This document shows, piece by piece, positions 9,883 to 18,194 of a stretch of 53,826 nucleotides of DNA (the stretch's first letter is position 1; the number at the start of each line of letters is the position of its first letter). The position numbers were made by a program, and so were the translations under genes. The DNA comes from a virus. Taxonomy: Duplodnaviria; Caudoviricetes. The notes under the pieces are model-generated. The model made no database searches, was not told the origin of the DNA, and was given only the letters and a program-made list of their open reading frames with translations. The DNA is taken from IMG/VR virus record IMGVR_UViG_3300044801_000056, positions 1 through 53,826 of that record; one strand, 5' to 3'.

Positions 9883-10131
9883 CTACGATTCCGAAAGGTG
9901 TTCCTCGATCAGAGCTTCGAGCCATCCTGGAATTTCAAGGAAAACCGGCTCTTTGCCGGGAATATCCTCGCATATGGATTTCAGCGTGATCTCGAATTCC
10001 ATCGGGGAGCCTGGATCGCCGCCGCACGCATAGGATGGCCCCGTAGGGCCATAGGCTTCCGCCGTGATTTTGTACTCGATCTCCGCGACGAAATTGGTTT
10101 CGGCGATGGTGAAGAAAGCTTTCATGATCAT
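9883..10131 (-). CDS. Hypothetical protein
   Basis: Coupled ORF in the early operon. Confidence 0.55.
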   Translation of the reverse strand: MIMKAFFTIAETNFVAEIEYKITAEAYGPTGPSYACGGDPGSPMEFEITLKSICEDIPGKEPVFLEIPGWLEALIEEHLSES

Positions 10132-10427
10132 TCATCCTCTGCTTGTGGCTTGCCATTTAAACCGCCCTTTTTGATCCACGCCTCAAACCTCTCAGCCGAT
10201 CCCCAACAGCCAGCGGGCGCGTCATTGTATAGGAATTGAAGATAGTCTCGAACGCGGCGGTGTCCGTCGCGCTCAACGGCGGCGAACGCTCCGAAAAGAT
10301 CATTCGATAAAATCGCCGTCAGAAAATCGCCGGGTTCGATCCCGTGTTCGATATAACGGAGCAAGCCGGGTCGCATGTAAGCCGGAATGCGAATCATCAT
10401 TGGTTCAAAAATGCTGCCCATGATCAA
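10128..10427 (-). CDS. Conserved phage hypothetical protein
   Basis: GLLRYIEHGIEPGDFLTAILSNDL...APAGCWGS motif, recognised from other phage early regions. Confidence 0.65.
   Translation of the reverse strand: MIMGSIFEPMMIRIPAYMRPGLLRYIEHGIEPGDFLTAILSNDLFGAFAAVERDGHRRVRDYLQFLYNDAPAGCWGSAERFEAWIKKGGLNGKPQAEDE
10251..10286 (+). repeat. 36-nt exact repeat, copy 1 (copy 2 at 26409-26444)
   Basis: AACGCGGCGGTGTCCGTCGCGCTCAACGGCGGCGAA is identical at both loci. Confidence 0.95.
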
Positions 10428-10624
10428 TCTTCCTTTGGCTGAGGGATCGGTGTAACCTGCATTCGCAGAGCCTCAACGAATGCCGTGCTGGGAACGTCGA
10501 GGCCGAAATATCCACGGTCGAGCCCATAGAGAAACGCCTTCACGGTGATCGCAAGTTCGGTTAGACGTTTCTCGGCTGGAACGTCTTCGCGCTCAGCTAG
10601 GGGAATGAAGTTTTTGTTGGTCAT
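10424..10624 (-). CDS. Hypothetical protein
   Basis: ATGA coupling; GGAG RBS. Confidence 0.55.
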   Translation of the reverse strand: MTNKNFIPLAEREDVPAEKRLTELAITVKAFLYGLDRGYFGLDVPSTAFVEALRMQVTPIPQPKED

Positions 10625-11607
10625 TGCCTTGCTCCTGTCAAATCGGAGGACGTTGCCGCGCTCGCCGCTTCAAGATCGGCTAGCCGTTTCATATCGGCCA
10701 ATGCTTCGGCATTCGTTTCGTAAAAACGAACCGGGCTAACGGGCAGATAGGGGGAACTCTCACGATAGATAAGTTGTGCGGCAAGACATGTGTTGTGGTA
10801 GCGCTCCAAAGCATATCCGGCCTCGCCAGCCAAATGAACAACCCATCCAGCACGGCGATGGGCCGTGCCGCAGGTATGCCATGCGTTCATTTCAAGAGCT
10901 TGAGGCTTAGATGCAGCTTCCAAAACCTTGGCGTGGATATTCTCGATTTTAGGAATTGGCGGAAGAGTAAGCGGGTCACTTCTATCTTTTTTGCCCGAGC
11001 AATCCGAGCAACGCGAGCAATCCGAGCAATCCGAGCAATCCGAGCAATCCGAGCAATCCGAGCAATCCGAGCAACGCGAGCAATCCGAGCAACGCGAGCA
11101 ATCCCAGCAATCCCAGCAACGCGAGCAATCCGAGCAACGCGAGCAATCCGAGCAACGCAAGCAATCCGAGCAATCCCAGCAATCCCAGCAACGCGAGCAA
11201 TGCGAGCAATCCGAGCAATCCGAGCAACGCAAGCAATCCGAGCAATCCCAGCAATCCCAGCAATCCGAGCAATCCGAGCAATCCGAGCAATCCCAGCAAT
11301 CCCAGCAACGCAAGCAATGCGAGCAATCCGAGCAATCCCAGCAATGCGAGCAATCCGAGCAATCCCAGCAATCCGAGCAATGCGAGCAATCCGAGCAATC
11401 CCAGCAATCCGAGCAATCCGAGCAATCCGAGCAATCCGAGCAACGCAAGCAATGCGAGCAATCCGAGCAATCCCAGCAATCCGAGCAATTTCGACAGTCG
11501 ATCAGCGTTTCGAGGGATGCTCGTGCTTTCGCCTCGCTACCCCAAAACGCGATTGTCGCGCGGTTGCCATTAGAATCGGAAACTTCGGTAATTTCTGCTT
11601 GATCCAT
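10621..11607 (-). CDS. Cys-x-x repeat protein with conserved C-terminal domain
   Basis: 56 CxX triplets flanked by unique domains (WHTCGTAHRRAGWVVHLAG); AGGAG RBS. Confidence 0.85.
   Translation of the reverse strand: MDQAEITEVSDSNGNRATIAFWGSEAKARASLETLIDCRNCSDCWDCSDCSHCLRCSDCSDCSDCSDCWDCSDCSHCSDCWDCSDCSHCWDCSDCSHCLRCWDCWDCSDCSDCSDCWDCWDCSDCLRCSDCSDCSHCSRCWDCWDCSDCLRCSDCSRCSDCSRCWDCWDCSRCSDCSRCSDCSDCSDCSDCSDCSDCSRCSDCSGKKDRSDPLTLPPIPKIENIHAKVLEAASKPQALEMNAWHTCGTAHRRAGWVVHLAGEAGYALERYHNTCLAAQLIYRESSPYLPVSPVRFYETNAEALADMKRLADLEAASAATSSDLTGARQ
10993..11496 (-). repeat. 9-nt tandem repeat array (56 units)
   Basis: Internal units TGCTCGGAT, TGCTGGGAT, TGCTCGCAT, TGCTTGCGT, TGCTCGCGT. Confidence 0.97.
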
Positions 11608-11700
11608 CTCATCTCTCCTAAAGTGGATAATTAATCCGACGTTCTGCCATTCCGTCTGTGATGATCATCGTCTTGTCCCGTCTTTTCGTTTCCATGGCCC

Positions 11701-11730
11701 ACAGAAACCACGTTCTGTAATTTCCGTCAA
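11701..11730 (-). promoter_or_regulatory. Leftward early promoter with overlapping palindromic operator
   Basis: Minus-strand TTGACG (-35); palindrome ACAGAA-N6-TTCTGT at 11701-11718. Confidence 0.55.
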
Positions 11731-11765
11731 CCCACATTTCGTAAAAAATAATTTGATGGAGAGGA

Positions 11766-11796
11766 TTGACATTTATAACTCCATGTCACTTTATAT
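11766..11796 (+). promoter_or_regulatory. Rightward promoter with palindromic operator, probably giving a leaderless mRNA
   Basis: TTGACA at 11766; TGACAT-N10-ATGTCA at 11767-11788; AT-rich -10 region; ATG at 11802. Confidence 0.6.
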
Positions 11797-11801
11797 GAGA
11801 T

Positions 11802-12011
11802 ATGAAGAAACCAGTCACGATCAAAGACCTTGAAGATACCGCGATACGATTAGGCGCCAAGCCTAAGACTGTTTGGATGTGGCGCTATCGCGGCGTTCCG
11901 GCCTCATGGCAACTTCGTCTTGTCAAGGAAGGAAAGGTGCCCCCATCTTTCCTCGACCAATTCACCGGTCCCTATCCTATTCGGCAATCGCGTGCCAAGG
12001 GGCGCACATGA
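11802..12011 (+). CDS. Cro-like HTH regulator
   Basis: Short HTH (TAIRLGAKPKTVWMWRYRGVP..WQ); first gene after the divergent promoters. Confidence 0.7.
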   Translation: MKKPVTIKDLEDTAIRLGAKPKTVWMWRYRGVPASWQLRLVKEGKVPPSFLDQFTGPYPIRQSRAKGRT

Positions 12012-12196
12012 AATTTCCATCGTTGCCTCATCCCCGCCCAGAGCCGAAAGTGATTTGCGTGTTTTGCGGCGGCGACCGAACTAACCGGTCTTTCCTCGTG
12101 CAGATGACCCCCACAATGTGGATTTGCTATTCTTGTCTTTCCACAGCGAATGATGTGGCACGCGATCATTTCACAATCCCAGGAGCGATTCGATGA
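12008..12196 (+). CDS. ClpX C4-type zinc-finger protein
   Basis: CVFCG...FLV......ICYSC matches the zf-C4_ClpX spacing; ATGA coupling. Confidence 0.65.
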   Translation: MKFPSLPHPRPEPKVICVFCGGDRTNRSFLVQMTPTMWICYSCLSTANDVARDHFTIPGAIR

Positions 12197-12291
12197 TCAT
12201 AGCATTCTTCCGGCCCGTCTTCTTTTTCATCGTGTGCTGGCTGCGGGCCGGGCTTTTCTTTTGCGAACTCAAACTAAGCATGAATTAAACC

Positions 12292-12933
12292 ATGGTACCT
12301 GAAATGATTATGACGGCAAAGATCAATCTCCGCGTTCTTCGCTCAGTATCGAAATTCTCCAGCAAGAAAGAGACTCGATATTATCTGAACGGCGTCAAAT
12401 TGGAAATAGAGCCGCGCGCTGTGACTTATATCGCTACGGATGAGTATACGCTCTTTGTCCGTCGCGATCCCAAACCAGATGATGAACCCGATAACGATAT
12501 GACCGGGGAATTCATTATTCCGACGTCTTCTTTCTCGTCATTCAAGCTGAAAAAAAGTGATTTAGGCCATGCTGATATTTTCGGAAATATGGCCGAGATG
12601 CAGATCAAGCATGAAGATATCGGCATCGTATTTCGTCCGATCGACAAAGTATTCCCCAACTGGCGCGCAGTGTTTCCTCGCTTGCCTCTGAGCGGGATTA
12701 TCGGTCAATTCAATGGGAACTACATTTCCCGCTTCACGAAGGCATCGGAAGAATTATCCATGGGTCACCCAACTATCCACCATAACGGCGTCGGTGTATC
12801 GATAATTCGGTTCGGTCAGGAAGATACATTTGGATGCATTATGCCGTTTCGTGTGGAAGATAGATCATCCAAATCGCTCCCCGAGTGGATATATAGCGAT
12901 GATCCTGAATCAGTCGAGAAAGATGCAGAGTGA
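12292..12933 (+). CDS. DNA polymerase III beta-clamp (DnaN)-like protein, partial-length
   Basis: ETRYYLNGV...IATD...FPNWRAV...IMP. Confidence 0.75.
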   Translation: MVPEMIMTAKINLRVLRSVSKFSSKKETRYYLNGVKLEIEPRAVTYIATDEYTLFVRRDPKPDDEPDNDMTGEFIIPTSSFSSFKLKKSDLGHADIFGNMAEMQIKHEDIGIVFRPIDKVFPNWRAVFPRLPLSGIIGQFNGNYISRFTKASEELSMGHPTIHHNGVGVSIIRFGQEDTFGCIMPFRVEDRSSKSLPEWIYSDDPESVEKDAE

Positions 12934-13298
12934 TCATCCGCCGCAAACACCCTGAGAATGATCTACAGCAAGCCATCTACGATTATCTCCTCGCCGTCCT
13001 TCCGCCGCAAGATTGGCTCGTATATGCGAACCCAAACGCATCACGGCGCACGGCGGGCGAGAGGGCGTCGAATGGCGTGCCAGGATTGACGAAAGGGATT
13101 CCAGATTTATCAATCCTGCAACACGGGGGCAAAATGTTCTACCTCGAAGTTAAGGCCGCGAAAGGTGTCCTTAGCGATCCGCAAGAGACCATCCGTAATC
13201 GGCTAGATCGGATGCTAGTCCCGTTTGCGGTGGTACGGTCGATTGAAGACGTTCGGGTCGCATTAAGACAATGGGGAATCAAAACGAGAGAAATCTGA
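12930..13298 (+). CDS. VRR-NUC (PD-(D/E)xK) nuclease
   Basis: ENDLQ...GIPDL...YLEVK...LSDPQ...VVRS. Confidence 0.85.
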   Translation: MIIRRKHPENDLQQAIYDYLLAVLPPQDWLVYANPNASRRTAGERASNGVPGLTKGIPDLSILQHGGKMFYLEVKAAKGVLSDPQETIRNRLDRMLVPFAVVRSIEDVRVALRQWGIKTREI

Positions 13299-13332
13299 TA
13301 ACCGGATATTCTCAATTCAAACAGGAGCGAAC

Positions 13333-13563
13333 ATGAGCAACGATATCGTATATGAGGATGCGCCTTTTGAAAAAATCAATAAAAGGCCATCGAACTCAGA
13401 GATTATCCGAAATATGCCCGTTGGAAAATCTTTTCTTTTCCTTCATGGCAACCAATACCAATCAAGCTTGGCATCGATGAGCTACCTTCACGGAAGAGAC
13501 AATGGGAAAAAATTCCGGGTGCGCTTGGAAGGCGCGGATGTCCGCGTTTTCCGTATCTCGTGA
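13333..13563 (+). CDS. Small conserved phage protein, possibly DNA binding
   Basis: AGGAG RBS; MPVGKSF...KFRVR...VRVFRI. Confidence 0.6.
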   Translation: MSNDIVYEDAPFEKINKRPSNSEIIRNMPVGKSFLFLHGNQYQSSLASMSYLHGRDNGKKFRVRLEGADVRVFRIS

Positions 13564-13569
13564 CTCGAT

Positions 13570-14403
13570 TTGCATGGTGAAGACATGATCACTCCATGTG
13601 ACTTCGACTGCATGCGACCGGTAAAGCGTTGGACACCACATCGGAAATATTTCATCGTCCAAGGCGTTCGCGATGGTTCTTTGAACCTTGCTGCCGTCAT
13701 GCGAGTGCATGGCATCAGCTATGAAGAATACGCTATCTGGGCGCGGTCCATCGCTTCGCCGCCTATCGGTATCTCGATCAAGGGTTCGGAAATGACTACG
13801 TTGTTGCCAGGCCTTTTACAAAAGCATTTTTCTTGCGTGCTCGCGGACCCTCCATGGCGCTTCGCGTCAAACAGCGTGGCCAAGCCGGGCCGCAACGCCA
13901 TGCGCCATTACGATTGCATGTCGCTGGACGATATTGCGGCCCTGCCAGTCGCGGAGTGCGTTGCCAACGACGCGGTTCTCTTTATGTGGATTACAGGGCC
14001 GTTCCTCGCGATCGCGGCACATATCCCGATCATGAGAGCCTGGGGTTTTAAACCGAGCGGCATGGGGTTCGTTTGGGTCAAACTTAATCGCCGCGCGCCT
14101 GAGCTTTTCACGGCCCGGCAGGATCTCGCGATGGGCGGTGGCTTCACGACCCGGAAGAATGCGGAATTTTGCTTGATTGGAAAGCGCGGCCGCAGCTTGC
14201 GCCTTGATGCCGGAATCCATGAAATCATCATCGCGCCGCGCCGCGAGCACAGCCGCAAGCCGATCGAAACGCATCACCGGATCGAACGATATTGCGCCGG
14301 TCCACGCCTTGAGCTATTCGCGCGTGAAAGCCGCGACGGTTGGACGACATGGGGCAATCAAGCCGGAAAATTTGACCAGCCAGTTTTGGACGTTGCCGAA
14401 TGA
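13570..14403 (+). CDS. SciP/DUF1153-like domain fused to MT-A70-family N6-adenine methyltransferase
   Basis: N-term KRWTPHRK...VRDGSL...ISYEEYAIW; then ADPPW, LFMW, FVWVK, TRKNAEFCLIG, REHSRKP, LELFAR; internal in-frame ATG at 13792. Confidence 0.85.
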   Translation: MHGEDMITPCDFDCMRPVKRWTPHRKYFIVQGVRDGSLNLAAVMRVHGISYEEYAIWARSIASPPIGISIKGSEMTTLLPGLLQKHFSCVLADPPWRFASNSVAKPGRNAMRHYDCMSLDDIAALPVAECVANDAVLFMWITGPFLAIAAHIPIMRAWGFKPSGMGFVWVKLNRRAPELFTARQDLAMGGGFTTRKNAEFCLIGKRGRSLRLDAGIHEIIIAPRREHSRKPIETHHRIERYCAGPRLELFARESRDGWTTWGNQAGKFDQPVLDVAE

Positions 14404-14583
14404 AGGAGCTTCCCGCTATCATGATCGCGGCTCTTAAGAGAGCACAGAAACGAGCGCTGGACCGGCGGGACGCTTACGCCGCAAGGCTTCTCGGTGAAGC
14501 GATTGATGATGTGCGAAAAGCCGTCTTGGAATCTTGGAAACGGAAGCGGCGTTATTAGTACCATAAATCGAGATAGGAAACCG

Positions 14584-15105
14584 ATGTCTTTTTGGACGAA
14601 GGAACGGATATCCGAACTGCGAAGAATGATCGATGAAGGGTATTCAAGCGGGAAAGTCAAGGACTTGATTGGCGCGACAACGCGAAATGTCGTGATTGGT
14701 AAAGCTTACAGGCTAGGACTACGGTTTCAGGGGAGAAAGATGGAAACAGCGCAAGACGAATCGCTACCAGCCAAACGCAACCACGGGAAAAAACCTCCGC
14801 TCCCGGCGCTCTTAGTCGAGGTTTCGTCTCTTAAAACAGCACTTACCATGCTGTTGGACGAAGATCCGGTTGTCGAGCCACCCCCGATCGTCCAAGACGA
14901 GCCTCAAGCGTTAAAGACGCTGATGGAGCTAGGCTATATGGATTGCCGGTGGCCCGTCGATGTCGAGGGCGGCTTTCTGTTCTGCGGGCAGGTCAAGGAT
15001 CGAGGATCGTATTGTCTCGCCCATGCGAAACACGCTTTTACCGGGAAGATGTTCAACCGGGAGCCCGGATATTCGTGGAAGCCCGCAATTTCAAGGAAAG
15101 TCTGA
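14584..15105 (+). CDS. gcrA: GcrA cell-cycle regulator homologue
   Basis: WTKERISELRR...TRNVVIGKAYRLGL and LMEL...CRWPV...FCG...YC..H; AGGA RBS before MSFW. Confidence 0.9.
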   Translation: MSFWTKERISELRRMIDEGYSSGKVKDLIGATTRNVVIGKAYRLGLRFQGRKMETAQDESLPAKRNHGKKPPLPALLVEVSSLKTALTMLLDEDPVVEPPPIVQDEPQALKTLMELGYMDCRWPVDVEGGFLFCGQVKDRGSYCLAHAKHAFTGKMFNREPGYSWKPAISRKV

Positions 15106-15106
15106 A

Positions 15107-15292
15107 ATGAAAACGCACTGCATCGCGGGACACTCCTATTCCGATAATCCCCCACGATCGCAGATAGGGAAGAACGGAAAATCTTATTGGAAATGTCGAG
15201 TTTGCGCCCAACTCCGCGAGACAAGGCGCCGGGACGAACTGCGCGAGTTGCGGGCTGCGGCTAATCCGCCACTTGATCTGGATCAAAGGTAG
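15107..15292 (+). CDS. Small Zn-binding protein (HNH-associated type)
   Basis: KTHCIAGHSY...CRVC. Confidence 0.55.
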   Translation: MKTHCIAGHSYSDNPPRSQIGKNGKSYWKCRVCAQLRETRRRDELRELRAAANPPLDLDQR

Positions 15293-15779
15293 GGAACAAA
15301 CCGTGTTTCAAGAGACTAAAACCACAACCCGAGACTTCCGAGCCGAACACCGCGAGCGTCAGCGGCGCTATTTCCCGCAATGTTTCCCTCAACCTGTCGT
15401 CATCCACGATCCCATGCCAGCCGCTCCGGTTTCTCCTAGGACACCTAAATTCTTCGCGCCTCGCAAAACTCGTTACATTGCGCCCTTCCCTGATGATACC
15501 CTCCGCCGATTCCGTGTGATTCTGCAATCGTGCGCTGAGACGTTCGAGAGCGATCCGGCCTTGACTCTATCGAAAAGAAAAGATCCTGACGTGCTGCTAA
15601 CGCGTCAGGTGGTAATGTTCCTCATGTTGGAAAACAAGATCATCGGTCGGCGCAGCGGGGGGCGATTGTTCGGCGTTGATCCCGCGACAATATACAGTTC
15701 ACACAGGAAAATCAAACGCTTAATGAATGTCAATCCGGCGTTCGCGGAATTGATCGACGGGATCAAAATAGGAGATTGA
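15273..15779 (+). CDS. DnaA C-terminal (domain IV) HTH-like protein
   Basis: SKRK...RQVVMFL...GRLFGVDPATIYSSHRKI resembles DnaA domain IV; start uncertain. Confidence 0.65.
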   Translation: MIWIKGREQTVFQETKTTTRDFRAEHRERQRRYFPQCFPQPVVIHDPMPAAPVSPRTPKFFAPRKTRYIAPFPDDTLRRFRVILQSCAETFESDPALTLSKRKDPDVLLTRQVVMFLMLENKIIGRRSGGRLFGVDPATIYSSHRKIKRLMNVNPAFAELIDGIKIGD

Positions 15780-15842
15780 CCTCGCCGCGAAGATAGCTAG
15801 GATTGAGGCGGATGTGCTAGCGGCTTTGGCGGAGGTGGGGCG

Positions 15843-16589
15843 ATGACAGACCTACCAATTATTTTTAGCGCGCCCATGGTGAAGGCTCTCTTAGCCGGGC
15901 AGAAAACACAGACACGACGGATTTTGAACCCGGTCAAAGATGTGATCCTAAAAGATTTCAAACAGCAAGAAGAACACCAAACTGGGGTAGGCACATGGTA
16001 TCGGCTTCCCATCGAAAAAATGCAGAAATCTCGCTATGCCATTGGCGACCGGCTCTACGTCCGAGAGTCCTTATGCGCAAAAAATATGGACTTTGGAGGA
16101 ATTCTAGGACTTACAGAGCCTCTAACTGCGGTTGATATGACGCGAGGAGATGTAGTCGCCTCCTATTCTTCCGATGGAGAATTTGTTGTCAACGAAGATG
16201 GTTTCAATCTTGCTTGGCTTTGGGATCGCACAAAAATTCCGTCAATCCACATACCGCGCACTTTCTCCCGTCTCACCCTTGTAGTGACTGACGTCCGCGT
16301 TCAACGGTTGCATGACATCAGTGAAGAAGATGCGATTGCGGAGGGAGTTGACTGGTCAGAGGAATGCTGCAAATCCCCGTCACGGGAAGGTTTTCCACCA
16401 GGATGCTGTTGCGGTCAACCAGACGCCATTAGCCCGAAGGATAATTTCCAAAATCTATGGCGTTCGATCCATGGTCCTGGCGCATGGGATGAAAATCCTT
16501 GGGTGACAGCGATCTCGTTTGAAGTGCATCACTGCAACATCGATGCCGTTGAGAGCCTACCAGTCCGCGCTATGGGGGAAATAGCATGA
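15843..16589 (+). CDS. ASCH/PUA-like phage protein
   Basis: PIIFSAPMVKALLAGQKTQTRR, PSIHIPR, RVQRLHDISEEDAIAEG, NPWV. Confidence 0.8.
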   Translation: MTDLPIIFSAPMVKALLAGQKTQTRRILNPVKDVILKDFKQQEEHQTGVGTWYRLPIEKMQKSRYAIGDRLYVRESLCAKNMDFGGILGLTEPLTAVDMTRGDVVASYSSDGEFVVNEDGFNLAWLWDRTKIPSIHIPRTFSRLTLVVTDVRVQRLHDISEEDAIAEGVDWSEECCKSPSREGFPPGCCCGQPDAISPKDNFQNLWRSIHGPGAWDENPWVTAISFEVHHCNIDAVESLPVRAMGEIA

Positions 16590-16730
16590 ACGAGACGAAT
16601 AAGCTGCCCGTTGAACGCCGATCCATCCCCAATGGCCCTCATAATTCCGACAAGCCCCGTCCCGGCGAAACGGTAGTCTCTCTTGGGGATGCCGCTAATG
16701 CCATCGTCTCAAAATTAGTGCGGGGAATCG

Positions 16731-18194
16731 ATGGCCGCCGAAATTCATGAGATTACATCGGCCAAAAAGTCGAAGGGATTAATCCCTCCTATTCCGGTTA
16801 GCGTCGAGATCGAGCAAGCGCTTCTCGGATGCCTTCTTTTAAATAATGAAATCATCGGAATGATCACAAGTTCCGTATCGGTTGATGATTTCTCCGAAGA
16901 AATTCACCGGCGTATTTTTTCTGTGTCGTGCGACCTTTTAAGTGCTGGGCAATCGGCGCGACCCGGCACATTGATTCCCTATTTAGGAGATCAAGCTCTT
17001 TCCGATGATATGACGCTTTCCCGGTATTTGGCGAGGCTTTGCGCCGAATCCATGCCAGTTTCTCTTGCGTCCGGTTATGCAACCTCGATCCGAAACCTCG
17101 CGAACAAGCGCCGATTGATCGACGAAGCCGCTTTACTGGACGAAAGAGCGCGCTACGGCGACGTTCTCGACGATCCGGCTACGATAGCGGCGGAATCAAT
17201 CTTGCGTATTCAGGGCATCGCCGCATCGTCTGGAACCGATACCACGCGCCATGTGGGGGATTACTCCGGCGAGATCATGACATTGATCGAAGGTGTTCGA
17301 TCTGGCGAGATTGAACATAAGATCGTCACAACCGGATATCGCGAGATTGATGAGGCGGCGAACGGATATGAACCTGAGACGCTTTGGGTTGTGGCGGGGA
17401 GACCTGGGATGGGGAAGAGCGCCTATCTCAATGCGTCCGCTTATCGGTGCGCGCGCGGCGGGACCGGCATCCTTGAATTTCCTCTAGAAATTGGCCCACA
17501 ACAGGCCGTTGCGCGTCATCTCGCGGACATTTGCTATCGATCTAATCACTCCGTCGCCTTCCGGGATATTGGCATGCGTGCGAAAAGCATGAGCGATGAT
17601 GATTTGCAGGCCGTCAGAGAAGCCCATAGGAGGCTTAAAGAGCTTCCGATAGAGATTGACCGCCGCTCCCGCGCGACCGTGGCTCAGATTGGCGCTAAGA
17701 TCGCCCAAACGAAGAGATCAATGGCGGCACGCGGGATAACGTTAGGCGTCGTGTTTATTGACCATCTCGATTTCATCCATGCGAGCGACCGCTACAGCGG
17801 CAACCGGACGCAAGAGATTGGAGAAATCCTTATATCTCTGAAAGATATAGCGCGTTGGCAACGGCTTTGCATCGTGCTTTTTAGCCAGCTCAATCGAGAT
17901 GTCGAAAAGCGTCCTAGTGGCGATCGTAGACCGGGCCTTTCGGACCTCAGAAATTCTGGAGATTTAGAGCAAGCCGCTGATGTTGTTATGTTTCTTTATC
18001 GAGAGGAATACTATCTCTCTCGATCTCCTGAATTTCTCCGTCATGACCCGGAGGCCGTCGATAAATGTGCGGAATCCGTTGGAAAACTTGAAGCCATCAT
18101 CAGTAAGGCGCGCGCTGGCATGATCGGTACGAGCCATCTGTTTTGCAACCTCGCATCGTCATCTATTTCATCTGTTGACCGGAGATTTTCATGA
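16731..18194 (+). CDS. dnaB: DnaB-like replicative helicase
   Basis: EQALLG N-domain, Walker A GRPGMGKS, IDHL, SQLNR, LSDLRNSGDLEQAAD, KAR. Confidence 0.93.
   Translation: MAAEIHEITSAKKSKGLIPPIPVSVEIEQALLGCLLLNNEIIGMITSSVSVDDFSEEIHRRIFSVSCDLLSAGQSARPGTLIPYLGDQALSDDMTLSRYLARLCAESMPVSLASGYATSIRNLANKRRLIDEAALLDERARYGDVLDDPATIAAESILRIQGIAASSGTDTTRHVGDYSGEIMTLIEGVRSGEIEHKIVTTGYREIDEAANGYEPETLWVVAGRPGMGKSAYLNASAYRCARGGTGILEFPLEIGPQQAVARHLADICYRSNHSVAFRDIGMRAKSMSDDDLQAVREAHRRLKELPIEIDRRSRATVAQIGAKIAQTKRSMAARGITLGVVFIDHLDFIHASDRYSGNRTQEIGEILISLKDIARWQRLCIVLFSQLNRDVEKRPSGDRRPGLSDLRNSGDLEQAADVVMFLYREEYYLSRSPEFLRHDPEAVDKCAESVGKLEAIISKARAGMIGTSHLFCNLASSSISSVDRRFS

Noticed and set aside
10993-11496. Possible CRISPR array
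   Set aside because: Contiguous short units with no unique spacers and no cas genes; the same holds for 20090-20593.
10774-11634. Long ORFs in other frames of the 9-nt array (IRA, QSE and LLG repeats)
   Set aside because: Stop-free frames follow automatically from the repeat. Only the Cys frame has an RBS, conserved flanking domains and the operon orientation.
11608-11801. CtrA boxes (TTAA-N7-TTAA) in the switch region
   Set aside because: Only a single TTAA half-site was seen; no full consensus found by eye.
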